Positions 39,784 to 51,255 of a stretch of 64,000 nt of DNA are shown here, piece by piece; the stretch's first letter is position 1; the number at the start of each line of letters is the position of its first letter. Origin of the DNA: an uncultured Actinomycetes bacterium (GTDB lineage Bacteria; Actinomycetota; UBA4738; HRBIN12); assembly GCA_963697875.1 (NCBI GenBank), contig OY969099.1:88419-152418 (forward strand), given 5' to 3'. The translations under genes and the position numbers were made by a program. A model generated the notes under the pieces. The model did not search any database. It worked only from the letters and a program-made list of their open reading frames with translations, and was not told the DNA's origin.

Positions 39784-41433
39784 TCACATCGGCTCCAGCG
39801 AGCCCAGCCGCTCGACCAGCCGCGCGTTCTCCGAGTAGTCGACGGGGCAGGCGATCACGCTCACGGCATCGTCGTCCAGTGCAGAGCGGAGCGTCGGGAG
39901 CAGCTCGTCGGCAGAGGCGATCCGATAACCCTTCGCGCCGAAGCTCTCGGCGAACGTCACGAAGTCCGGGTTCGAGAACGAGACGGCGACGCGGCGATCG
40001 AACTCGATGTCCTGCTTCCACCCGATCAACCCGTACCCGCCATCCACCCAGACGAGGACCACGAAGTGAGCCCCCACTCGCACCGCAGTCTCGATCTCGG
40101 CGGCGCTCATCAAGAACGCGCCGTCGCCCATCGCCGCGAGGACCCTGCGGTCGGGGAGGACGAGCTTCGCGGCGATCGCGCCCGGGAGGGAGAAGGCCAT
40201 CGTCGCGAGGCCGTTCGAAACCAGGCATGTGTTCGGTCGGTACGTCGGATACAGGCGCGCCATCCACATCTTGACCGCGCCGGTGTCGGCGAGCACCACG
40301 TCGTCGCGACCCATCGCCTCGCGGATGTCATGGACGATCCGCTGGGGCTTGAGCGGAACGCTGTCCTCGGCCGCGCCGCGCCCGAGTTCCTCCTGCACCA
40401 GATTGCGCACCGGCGGCGACTCCCACCGGGCGCCGTGCGCTCCGGCCGCGTCGGCGATCGCATCCAGGGTCGAGCCGATGTCGCCCTGCACGCCCACCTC
40501 CAATTCGTAGGCTGCGTCGACCTCGGCCACCGTCCTGTGCACGTGGACGATCCGTTTGTCCCGGGCCGGGTTCCATCGCGACGGGGAGTACTCGACCAGG
40601 TCGTAGCCGGTCGCGACGACGACGTCGGCACGATCCAGCCCGAAGTTCGCGTAGTCCTTCACCATGAAGCCGATCGTCCCGAGCGCGTTGGGGTGGTCGT
40701 CGGGGAAGACACCCTTGCCTAGGAAGGTGGTCGCCACCGGTAGGTGCAACCGCTCGGAGAAGCGGACCAGGGCTTCGGTCGCGCGATCGCGAGCGACGCC
40801 CGGTCCCGCGAGCACGACCGGATGGTCGGCAGCCCGCAGCGTGTGTGCGGCCCGGTGCACCTGCGCCGCGGCCGGAGCGGGGTCGACGGGCACGTTCACC
40901 TTCAGGGGAGCGCCGTCGGTCTCGAGCGCGGCCACGTCCTCCGGAAGCACCACGAACGTTGCGCCCGGGCGCTCGGTCTCTGCCTGCTTGAAGGCCTTCC
41001 GCATCATCTCGGGCGCGGCGTCCCGCAGGGTCATCATGTCGCCCCACTTGGTGACGGGCCGGTAGACGTCGACCAGGTCGACGAACTGGTGGGACTCCTT
41101 GTAGATGCGGCCGAGACCGGCCTGGGCCATGATCGCGACCAGCGGATGTGAGTCGAGCTGCGCGTTCGCCACCCCGAGCATCAGGTTGAGCGCGCCCGGT
41201 CCAAGGGTTGCCAGGCACACGCCCGCCTTCCCGGTGAGCGCGCCGTAGGTATCGGCCATGAACGCGGCACCCCGCTCGTCGCGCGTGGTCACGAACCGGA
41301 TCGACGAGTCGGCGAGCGCGTCGATCACGTGCAGGTTCTCCTCACCTGGAAGGCCGAACACGTACTCGACGCCCTCGTTCTGCAGACACTCGACGAGCAA
41401 GCGCGCGACGGTGCGCTGCGATCCGGTAGCCAT
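39784..41433 (-). CDS. Acetolactate synthase large subunit-like ThDP enzyme
   Basis: VFGLPGEEN, TLGPGALN, NGLATMAFSLPGA, GDGAFLM. Confidence 0.9.
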   Translation of the reverse strand: MATGSQRTVARLLVECLQNEGVEYVFGLPGEENLHVIDALADSSIRFVTTRDERGAAFMADTYGALTGKAGVCLATLGPGALNLMLGVANAQLDSHPLVAIMAQAGLGRIYKESHQFVDLVDVYRPVTKWGDMMTLRDAAPEMMRKAFKQAETERPGATFVVLPEDVAALETDGAPLKVNVPVDPAPAAAQVHRAAHTLRAADHPVVLAGPGVARDRATEALVRFSERLHLPVATTFLGKGVFPDDHPNALGTIGFMVKDYANFGLDRADVVVATGYDLVEYSPSRWNPARDKRIVHVHRTVAEVDAAYELEVGVQGDIGSTLDAIADAAGAHGARWESPPVRNLVQEELGRGAAEDSVPLKPQRIVHDIREAMGRDDVVLADTGAVKMWMARLYPTYRPNTCLVSNGLATMAFSLPGAIAAKLVLPDRRVLAAMGDGAFLMSAAEIETAVRVGAHFVVLVWVDGGYGLIGWKQDIEFDRRVAVSFSNPDFVTFAESFGAKGYRIASADELLPTLRSALDDDAVSVIACPVDYSENARLVERLGSLEPM

Positions 41434-41584
41434 GAGAAAGAGCCTACCCAGCCGATGTCCGGAGTTCGTCTCCGCCTCCCGCCGGAGCACGGATCTCCGC
41501 GAGAACACCCTTTTCCTGGTGACGCTCGCCGGTGGGTTCGGGCTACGTCAGCGGTGGTCTGTATCCCGAACAGGTGCGGATCGG

Positions 41585-42064
41585 CTACAAGGCATGATCC
41601 AACGCCTGTCGCGTGAGCGACGCTTGACCCGCGTGCTCGCCGAGATGCTTGACGGCGTGCAGGAGCGCCCACCCGGCCGTGACCGTTCCGGTCGACTCGG
41701 CAACCCGCGCCCGTGGAGGCTCAGCCCGCGGGACGCTCGCGTCGAAGACGGCATCGGTCTCCAGGAGACGGCGACAGTCGGCCGACGACGAGTCGAGGAA
41801 CGCGAGCAAGGCATCGGTGTCCTCGGCGGTGACCAGGAACTCCGAGGGCCGGTCGCGAGGCGGGACGGGGAGATCCAGGGCGCACCCGAGCCACATCCGC
41901 GTGCTCAACATGGCGTGGGTGACGATGACCGCGATCGTGTTCGTGTCGTCGCCTGCGGGTCGCCGGTTGAGCGTCTCGGCGGACGCTCCTTCGATCGCAC
42001 CACGGAGCTGCCCGAGCGAGTCCTCGAAGGCGGCGCGCGCGGCCTCGATCGTGGGATCGGTCAC
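41585..42064 (-). CDS. DinB family protein
   Basis: NTIAVIVTH...W, RDRPSEF, LLHAVKHLGEHAGQ. Confidence 0.8.
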   Translation of the reverse strand: MTDPTIEAARAAFEDSLGQLRGAIEGASAETLNRRPAGDDTNTIAVIVTHAMLSTRMWLGCALDLPVPPRDRPSEFLVTAEDTDALLAFLDSSSADCRRLLETDAVFDASVPRAEPPRARVAESTGTVTAGWALLHAVKHLGEHAGQASLTRQALDHAL

Positions 42065-42067
42065 GCG

Positions 42068-42754
42068 TTAGGTGATCTCGATCATCTTCTCGCGCACGGC
42101 ATAGACGACGGCCTCCATGCGCGAGTGCAGATGCAACTTCTCCAAGATGTTACGGATGTGGTTCTTGACCGTGTTCTCGGAGATGAACAGCTGCTTGGCG
42201 ATGTCGCGATTGTTCAGGCCCTGCGCGACCAGCTTCAGGACCTCCATCTCGCGATCGGTCAGCTTGGGTGACGGCATCCGCGGCTGCTCGTCGGTCGCCT
42301 TCGACATCGCGGCGAACTCGGTCAGCAGCTTCGAGGCCATGCTCGGCGAGATGCGCGACTGGCCCGCCCAGACCGAGCGGATCGCGTCGGCGACCTCCTC
42401 GATCGGGATCTCCTTCAACAGGTAGCCGCTGGCGCCGGCCTTGATGGCGTCGTAGAGATCGGCTTCCTCGTCGCTGATGGTCAGCATGAGGATCTTCACG
42501 TGGGGCAGCAGGTCGCGGATCTGGGTGGTCGCCTCGATCCCCGAGCGCTTCGGCATGCGCACGTCCATCAGCACGACGTCGGGCATGACCTCCTGTGCCT
42601 TCTCGACGGCCTCCAGGCCGTCGGACGCCTCACCGACCAGCTCGATGTCGGGCTCGTTCGAGAGCACCATCTCGAGGCCGCGACGGAAGAGGGCGTGGTC
42701 GTCGACCACCATCACCCGCAGCCGCTCGCTCGAACCCCCGGCCTCCGTCGTCAT
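42068..42754 (-). CDS. NarL/LuxR family response regulator
   Basis: VVDDH, LMDVRMP, GYLLK, LTDREMEVL...G..N..IA..LFISENTVKNH. Confidence 0.95.
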   Translation of the reverse strand: MTTEAGGSSERLRVMVVDDHALFRRGLEMVLSNEPDIELVGEASDGLEAVEKAQEVMPDVVLMDVRMPKRSGIEATTQIRDLLPHVKILMLTISDEEADLYDAIKAGASGYLLKEIPIEEVADAIRSVWAGQSRISPSMASKLLTEFAAMSKATDEQPRMPSPKLTDREMEVLKLVAQGLNNRDIAKQLFISENTVKNHIRNILEKLHLHSRMEAVVYAVREKMIEIT

Positions 42755-43110
42755 CCCTGCTCCTCGATCGAGCCCGTCGCCTGCGCGGACTCTACACCAG
42801 GGTGCTTCTTCGGCACGCGCTTCTTGCCGTGATGGTCGCGGATCTGCCGCTCGAGCTTCTCCTTGATGCGGTCGATCGCGGTGGGCAGGTCCTCGGCCTC
42901 GGCCTCGGCTCGGAACGTCTTGCGTGGCATGCGGAGCGCGGCCTCGACCCGCTTGAGCCCGTCGGGCTTGGGGTGGTTCTCGCTGATGAGCTCGAGGTCG
43001 ATCGACACGGTCCGCGGCTCGAGCCGCTCGATCGGCGCGAGCTTTCGCTCGGCCAGCTCCCGCACGTCGTCGGTGACCGGGATTCCCCTGCCGGTGAAGG
43101 TGAGATCCAT
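42751..43110 (-). CDS. raiA: Ribosome hibernation factor HPF/RaiA (short form)
   Basis: GR...VTD.VRE.AERKL, AEAEAEDL..AID...EKLERQIR; comF-hpf-secA synteny. Confidence 0.88.
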   Translation of the reverse strand: MDLTFTGRGIPVTDDVRELAERKLAPIERLEPRTVSIDLELISENHPKPDGLKRVEAALRMPRKTFRAEAEAEDLPTAIDRIKEKLERQIRDHHGKKRVPKKHPGVESAQATGSIEEQG

Positions 43111-43142
43111 CGTCGCGGTGCCCTCCCTCGCGGCCTCGGTCG

Positions 43143-43370
43143 GGGCCCGTCCGGCTGACCTGGTCTTTGCCCCCACACCCGCCTGCCGGGACGTTCGCCC
43201 GGCGCCCGGAGACGCCGGACCCGCGCCCTCTCCCTTCCGGGGCAGGACTTACATCTAAACCGCGCCATGCTCCGCGACCAACGGTCGCGTTACGTGGGTC
43301 GTTTCGCCCGCGGCTGGCCTCGACTACCGGGAGAACGTCCCCCGGGCAACCACAGACCCGGACGGGGCCC
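43143..43370 (-). ncRNA. raiA motif RNA
   Basis: Conserved blocks GTCTGTGGTTG..AGTCGAGGCCAG..GGCGAAACGACCCACGTAA..GAGCATGG..TTAGATGTAAGTCCTGCC..GCAGGCGGGTGTGGGGGCAAAGACCAGGTCA; closing stem CCCGTCCGG/CCGGACGGG; TATCCT -10 upstream. Confidence 0.9.
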
Positions 43371-44084
43371 ATGTCGAGGATAGGCGGGGTGCCGATGGCC
43401 GGCAAACGCGGCGCCGGACAGGCGGACGGCGCGCGCCGCGGTGACCACGTGCACGGTTCGCGCGCCGGCACCGACCAAGGTCTCCGCGCACGCCGCGACC
43501 GTGGCTCCCGTCGTCAGGACGTCGTCCACGAGCAACACCCGCGGCGGGACGACCCGGCCGCGAGCCGCGAACGCGCCGCGCATGGCGACCCGCCGCTCCT
43601 CGGCCGTCCGGCGGGCCTGCGGGCCCGATGTCCCCCGCCGCAGGAGAAGGCCCGACACCGGGAGCTCGACCCGACGGCCGAGCGACACGGCCAGCGCGCG
43701 TGCCTGGTCGTAGCCCCGCTCCGCACGCCGACGCCTGGCCAACGGGACCCAGGTCAGGACGTCGACGGCGGGAAGCTCGTCACATGCGGCGATCGCGTCG
43801 GCAAGCGCTCCCGCGACGTCGCGCCAGCCGGTGAACTTCAGCCGGTGAACCGCCCGGCGTGCCGGGCCCGCGTACAGGAACGGGGCGCGGGCGCCGGCGA
43901 CCGAGGCCGGCGGGCAGTCCCGGCACGACGGGACGGGCGCCGGCGAAGGGCAGCCGCACCGTCGGCACCACGGAGGCGCCAGCGCGATCAGCTCGATGCG
44001 GCAGCGGTCGCAGAAGGGCCACGCGCCGGTGCCGCACCCGGCACACCGGCGTGGGAAGACGACGTCGAGCCCGCGGCCGAGCAT
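43290..44084 (-). CDS. comF: ComF family phosphoribosyltransferase with double Zn ribbon
   Basis: PRRCAGC...C..C, RRAERGYDQA, VLLVDDVLTTGAT. Confidence 0.92.
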   Translation of the reverse strand: MLGRGLDVVFPRRCAGCGTGAWPFCDRCRIELIALAPPWCRRCGCPSPAPVPSCRDCPPASVAGARAPFLYAGPARRAVHRLKFTGWRDVAGALADAIAACDELPAVDVLTWVPLARRRRAERGYDQARALAVSLGRRVELPVSGLLLRRGTSGPQARRTAEERRVAMRGAFAARGRVVPPRVLLVDDVLTTGATVAACAETLVGAGARTVHVVTAARAVRLSGAAFAGHRHPAYPRHGPRPGLWLPGGRSPGSRGQPRAKRPT

Positions 44085-44115
44085 CGCCGGACGCTATCGG
44101 CGCGGGCTGACACGC

Positions 44116-44726
44116 CTACGGCAGTGCGACCTCCACGGCCGGCCCTCCACGCGCCCGGATCACCAGGCGTTCCTGTCCGCGCAGCGCGGGATAGGCCACC
44201 ACGCGGCCGCGTTCAGCTCCCTCGTCGTGCTCGATGTCGAGCACGGTGTGCGGGGATCCATCGACCGAGAGCTTCAGATGCGGGGGCAGCGCGGCCCGGT
44301 ACGTCAGACGGATCGAGTCGCCTGCGCACTCGAGCTGCTCGAGCGTCACGTCGCCCGCGCGCCTCCCGATCTCGACCGTGCCCCGTCGTACCGCCGACCG
44401 CGACCACGGGATGGCGAACCGATCGCCGGGTCGCACGACGGCCGGCGACCCATCGATGACGACCCCACATTCCAGCTGGTACCAGCCGGCGCCCAGGTCG
44501 ACGGTCGGGAGCTCGAAGGGCACGAAGAGGTCGAGCGTCGGGGCCACCTCCAGGACGGAGGGCTCGACGCCGATCTCGTGACGGTCCCGGCCCGAGCATT
44601 CGGCCGCTTCGGCACGCTCGATCCGCACCTGATGTGGCAACCCGTCGGCGCCACGCAAGACGAAGGCGCCCTTGACGCTGGCGGGGAACCGTTCGTACGC
44701 GGCGCGGAACGACACCGGTCCCTGCA

Positions 44727-44727
<1 letters not shown>
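44116..44727 (-). CDS. Hypothetical protein
   Basis: GTG overlapping ahcY stop; GC-typical coding; no recognised motif. Confidence 0.6.
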
Positions 44728-46834
<2,107 letters not shown>

Positions 46835-46848
46835 CCCGTCGACCTCGC

Positions 46849-47907
46849 TCACCGCGACGCCAGGGCGCCCTTCAGCTGGTCGATCGCGGCGACCGGCGTC
46901 GGATCGATCCCGCGGCGCAGCCCGACGTAGCAGCTCGTGAGGTCGCCGACGAAGACGAGCGAGAAGAGGCGCGCCAGGGTGGATCCACCCAGGGCCCGGA
47001 CCTCGTCGTAGAGGACGCCGGCCCTGCGGGCGATGTCCGCCGACAGGTCGAAGCGCGCGGCGATCTCGGGATCCTCGCCTTCGTGGCGGACCCCGACGAC
47101 CACGAAGCGCTCGCCGTAGGGCGCCACCCAGCCCACAACCTCGTTGTGATCCAACTCGCTCATCGCGGCGTCGAACGACGGCACCTTGCCGTTCTCGTTC
47201 ATCTGGGTCTTCCATCGCATCGCGGCGAGGGCGCCGATCCCCTCGGCACCCCAGATCACGGGCACCCGGTCGCCGATCCAGGCCGCGAGGGCTTTCGCCC
47301 GGTTGTGATCCTTGGGGACGTCGAGGCGGAACTCCCCCGCCAGGGCGTCCAGGGTGTCGGCGGTCTCAGCGACGTCGTCGTGGAGCTGGGGCACCAGGCC
47401 CGCGGACTCGAGCGCGCCGAGCCCCGCGAAGGTGAGGTGTCCGAGCGCAGCCCGCGGCTGGAACCCGGGCGGCACGGGCACGACCGTGATCCCGCGAGCC
47501 CGGCACTGGTCGGCGAGGGTGCCGCCGCTCGTCACGGCCACGATGCGACACCCGCGGTCGGCCGCCTGCCCGAAGGCGGAGAGGGTCTCCGAGGTGTTGC
47601 CCGAGAACGAGGACGCCACCACGAGCGTGTGCGTACCGGCGTACGCCGGCAGGGCGGGCGACCGGTTCACGTCGACGGGAACGGCCAGACGGTCGCGGAA
47701 CGCCGTGCGCAGCACGTCGCCGGCCACGGCCGATCCCCCCATGCCGCAGAAGACGACGGACGTCACGCCCGCGAGGTCCGGGAGCGGCCCGGCGGCACGC
47801 CCGGCCGCGTACGCGCTCCGGCAGTGGGCACCCAGGGACGCTACCGCGTCGAGCATGCCGGCCGGGTCGCCGGCCCGCAGTGCCCGTACGTCGTCGAGGT
47901 CGATCAC
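46849..47907 (-). CDS. Bifunctional phosphoglucose/phosphomannose isomerase (SIS domain)
   Basis: GMGGSAVAGD, SSFSGNTSET, QPRAA, RWKTQMNENGK, ELDHNE. Confidence 0.92.
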   Translation of the reverse strand: MIDLDDVRALRAGDPAGMLDAVASLGAHCRSAYAAGRAAGPLPDLAGVTSVVFCGMGGSAVAGDVLRTAFRDRLAVPVDVNRSPALPAYAGTHTLVVASSFSGNTSETLSAFGQAADRGCRIVAVTSGGTLADQCRARGITVVPVPPGFQPRAALGHLTFAGLGALESAGLVPQLHDDVAETADTLDALAGEFRLDVPKDHNRAKALAAWIGDRVPVIWGAEGIGALAAMRWKTQMNENGKVPSFDAAMSELDHNEVVGWVAPYGERFVVVGVRHEGEDPEIAARFDLSADIARRAGVLYDEVRALGGSTLARLFSLVFVGDLTSCYVGLRRGIDPTPVAAIDQLKGALASR

Positions 47908-48086
47908 CGCGCGCTGGTTCCCGGCTTCTCCGCCTCCTCGATCAGCATCACAGGGATGCCGTCGCGGACCGGGTACCGGTATCCGCAGGTCTTGCACACG
48001 AGGACATCCTCGTCCTGCAGGTAGTCGAGGTCACCACGGTCGTTCGGGCACACGAGGATCTGCAGCAGCTCGGGGTCGAGCGTCAC
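47904..48086 (-). CDS. Trm112 family protein
   Basis: LDPELLQILVCP..RG.L...C..C..RYPVRDGIPVML. Confidence 0.92.
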   Translation of the reverse strand: MTLDPELLQILVCPNDRGDLDYLQDEDVLVCKTCGYRYPVRDGIPVMLIEEAEKPGTSAR

Positions 48087-49444
48087 GGCGCGTCCTTTCC
48101 TCGGATCAGATGCAGCAGGGCCTCCGTCTTGTCGGCGAGCAGCCCAGGGGTTGCGGCTTCGACGTTCAGGCGAAGGAGCGGCTCCGTGTTGGACGGCCGC
48201 ACGTTGCACCACCAGTCGTCGTATGCGACCGTCAGACCGTCGAGCCGGTCCTGCCGGCCGTCAGACAGCGCGGCGGCGATCTCGTCGATCTTCGCCTGCT
48301 GGTCCTCCACCCGCGAGTTTATCTCTCCCGAGTCGCAGTACTTCCGGAACGGGGCCAGGAGCTCGGAGAGCGGCATCTCCGCCGACGACAGCTCCCCGAG
48401 CACCATCACCGCAGCGATCAACCCGGAATCTGCCCGATAGTTCTCGCGGAAGTAGTAGTGCCCCGAATGCTCGCCGCCGAAGATCGCGCCCGTGTCGGCC
48501 ATGACCTGTTTGATGAAAGAATGACCGACGCGGGTGCGGATCGGTTCGCCTCCCTCCGCCCGGACCGTCTCGGGCACGATGCGCGAGCAGATCAGGTTGT
48601 GCACGATCTTGGCCCCCGGCTCGCGACGGAGCATGGCCCGGGCCACCAACGCGGTCAACAGCGACCCGCTCACGTCCTCGGCCTTCTCGTCGATCAGGAA
48701 GACCCGGTCGGCGTCGCCGTCGAAGGCCAGGCCGATGTCCGCCTCGCGGTCGAGCACCGCCGCCTTCAGCTCCTTCTGATTCTCCGGATCGATCGGGTCG
48801 GCGGGATGATTGGGAAACGTGCCGTCGAGCTCGGCGAACAGATGGTGCAGCGTCACCGGGAGCCGGGCGAGTACGGCGGGGACGACCAGACCACCCATTC
48901 CGTTCGCGGTGTCCGCGACGACCGTCAGCGGCCGCATCGCCCCCACGTCGACGAACGCCAACACGTGCTCCACGTAGGCGTCGAGCATGTCTCGCCGCCG
49001 GATCGTGCCACGAGAGGCGGCCGCCGTGGCTCGTTCACCGCGCTCGACGATGGCGCGGATGTCGGCGAGCCCGGTCTCCACACCGACTGGACGTGCGCCG
49101 GGGAGACAGAACTTCAGCCCGTTGTACTGCTTCGGGTTGTGGCTTGCCGTGATCATCACGCCGGGCAGATCGAGGGCCCCTGAGGCGAAGTAGAGCAGGT
49201 CGGTGGAAGCGAGCCCCAGATCGACGACGTCGGCGCCCCGCGACGCGGCTCCCTCGGCGATCGCCGCGGCGAGATCGGGGGAGGACAACCGGCAGTCGCG
49301 GCCGACGGCGATCTCGGGCAGACCCGTCCACTCCGCGAAGGCCGCCCCGATCCTACGCGCGAGGGCGGGGTCGAGCTCGTCGGGAACGACGCCCCGGACG
49401 TCGTAGGCCTTGAAGATGCGGTCGAGGTCCCGTTCGGGCGTCAC
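48083..49444 (-). CDS. manB: Phosphomannomutase/phosphoglucomutase
   Basis: FKAYDVRG, TASHNP, FDGDADR, GGEHSGH, RPSNTEPLLR. Confidence 0.95.
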   Translation of the reverse strand: MTPERDLDRIFKAYDVRGVVPDELDPALARRIGAAFAEWTGLPEIAVGRDCRLSSPDLAAAIAEGAASRGADVVDLGLASTDLLYFASGALDLPGVMITASHNPKQYNGLKFCLPGARPVGVETGLADIRAIVERGERATAAASRGTIRRRDMLDAYVEHVLAFVDVGAMRPLTVVADTANGMGGLVVPAVLARLPVTLHHLFAELDGTFPNHPADPIDPENQKELKAAVLDREADIGLAFDGDADRVFLIDEKAEDVSGSLLTALVARAMLRREPGAKIVHNLICSRIVPETVRAEGGEPIRTRVGHSFIKQVMADTGAIFGGEHSGHYYFRENYRADSGLIAAVMVLGELSSAEMPLSELLAPFRKYCDSGEINSRVEDQQAKIDEIAAALSDGRQDRLDGLTVAYDDWWCNVRPSNTEPLLRLNVEAATPGLLADKTEALLHLIRGKDAP

Positions 49445-49487
49445 AGACCCGCAATCCTACCGGAGCGGGTGCGGGCGCCTCCGCGGA

Positions 49488-49670
49488 CTAGGCGTTGACG
49501 ACCAGGTCGATGACCGACGTGAGCGGCACGAGCTCGCCCTCGCGGAACCACCACTTCGCTTCGCAGAGGTGGCACGTGGAGAAGGTGAGATCGCGGCCGG
49601 CGACGGCCATCGAGATCGTGATCATGTCGCCTTGGTGGCAGCTGGGGCAGGAACCGTTCGTCTCGTGCAT
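49488..49670 (-). CDS. 60-aa Zn-finger protein (CPSC...CHLC-KWW)
   Basis: MHETNGSCPSCHQGDMITISM...FSTCHLCEAKWWFREGE.VPL..VIDL. Confidence 0.7.
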   Translation of the reverse strand: MHETNGSCPSCHQGDMITISMAVAGRDLTFSTCHLCEAKWWFREGELVPLTSVIDLVVNA

Positions 49671-49813
49671 ACAGGTACTTTCGGCGCGGAGAACGGCTCG
49701 GGCCCATAGTCTCCTGCTGTCATTTCTCGGCTCTGCCGTGCGACCCCACAACCGCCCCCCGACCGGGTCGAGGAGCCCCCGTTCGGGGGACGCCGAACGG
49801 CAGTAGCCGTCAT

Positions 49814-50020
49814 TCAGACGGCGACCGGAGCGGCGCGCCGGTCCTGGATCTGCCAGCCCACGGGCGGTGTCATCCGGTCGGCGTGCTCGCGGCACAGGTC
49901 GAGGACGTTCGGGTCGCGATCCGGACGCAACGCCTCGACCACGACCGCGCGCTCCGCGTACCGGAGCGTCACCGTCACCACGGGCTCGTGTCCGCACCGC
50001 ATCTTCGCGCAGGCTCGCAT
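49814..50020 (-). CDS. DUF3499 family protein
   Basis: R.C.K..C......TL.Y....V......DLC.EHA.R.TPP.GW; actinobacterial synteny with manB. Confidence 0.85.
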   Translation of the reverse strand: MRACAKMRCGHEPVVTVTLRYAERAVVVEALRPDRDPNVLDLCREHADRMTPPVGWQIQDRRAAPVAV

Positions 50021-50065
50021 GCCGGCAGGGTAAATCACAGTGATGTGATTTCCAAGCAACCGCGG

Positions 50066-51187
50066 TCAACCGACCGTGGCGGGCGTGTCCCAGTAGGCCG
50101 CGTTGGCGGGTCGATGCCCGACGACGATGACGTGCTGTCCAACGTCGATCATGTCGAACAGCTGCTCCACGTCGGCGTCGTGCATCCGTATGCAGCCGTG
50201 CGACGCATAGCGGCCGATCGACGCCGGGTCGTTGGTGCCGTGGACCCGGATAAGCCCCGGCGCGTCGATGTAGATCGCGCGGGTGCCCAACGGGTTGCCG
50301 GGCCCGCCGGGGACGATCGCGGGTTCCCCGGCGCCCCAGCTGTCGAGCGCCGGGTTGTACCAGGTCGGGTCCATGCGCTTGTCCCAGATCGTCCAGACGC
50401 CGTCGGGCGTGACGTACCCGGGCTTGGCGGTCGCGACGTCCCACGACTTGATGGGCTTGAAGCCGTCGTACAGGTAGAGCGTGTTCTGATCGAGGCGCAC
50501 GACGATCGTGCGCCCCATCGTCGCCTCGGTCACCTCCGGCTGCACGGTCGTCATCGGCAACCGAGCCGTCGCCGCGTCGGCGTCGAGCGCGTCGCGGATC
50601 GCCGCGACCGCGCCCTCGGAGTCGAGCTTCCTCCCGGCCTTCGCCTTGGTGAACGTGAGGTCGGCCTGCGCGTCGTCCAGGCCGATCGCGGCGTTGCGGG
50701 GGAGGACGTGAACGTCCTTGGCGATCCTTGCCACGAGGTCCTCGATCCCCCCGCCCGCCGTGCGGTACTCGAGATCGATCGTGCGGTTCACCGGCTCGTC
50801 GCGGAACCGGTGCCAGAACCGTTCGAACGTGCTCATCGAAGCCCCGACCGCCATCGCCTGACGGACCGCCCTTCCGACGTCGGCTCGCCTGCCCAGGTCG
50901 GAGCGTTTGGCGATCCACCGATCGTCGCCGACGTATACGGCGAGCTCGGAGTCGAGCGTGTCGCCCGCCGCCACGCGGACCGCCCGCGCGGCTTCGGCGC
51001 GCGTCATGCCGCCGACATCGATACCGGCGATCGTCACACCGGGGAGGATCCGACCGGCCCGTCGCTGCTCGTACCGGTACCCGGCGTAGCTGATGCCGCC
51101 CGCGGTGAGCAGCATCGACCCGGCAACCACCGCCACGATGACGGTGACGCCGACGCGACGCTTCGGAACGTGCCGACCTTTGGCCAT
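50066..51187 (-). CDS. L,D-transpeptidase with PG-binding-4 domain
   Basis: GVTIAGIDVGGMT; PGGPGNPLG.RA, VHGT...SIG..ASHGCIRM. Confidence 0.92.
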   Translation of the reverse strand: MAKGRHVPKRRVGVTVIVAVVAGSMLLTAGGISYAGYRYEQRRAGRILPGVTIAGIDVGGMTRAEAARAVRVAAGDTLDSELAVYVGDDRWIAKRSDLGRRADVGRAVRQAMAVGASMSTFERFWHRFRDEPVNRTIDLEYRTAGGGIEDLVARIAKDVHVLPRNAAIGLDDAQADLTFTKAKAGRKLDSEGAVAAIRDALDADAATARLPMTTVQPEVTEATMGRTIVVRLDQNTLYLYDGFKPIKSWDVATAKPGYVTPDGVWTIWDKRMDPTWYNPALDSWGAGEPAIVPGGPGNPLGTRAIYIDAPGLIRVHGTNDPASIGRYASHGCIRMHDADVEQLFDMIDVGQHVIVVGHRPANAAYWDTPATVG

Positions 51188-51255
51188 GGGATCGGTTCGA
51201 CACCTCGACGGGTGTGCCGGGATGATACCCGGTCACGCGACCGGCGGGGAGCGTC

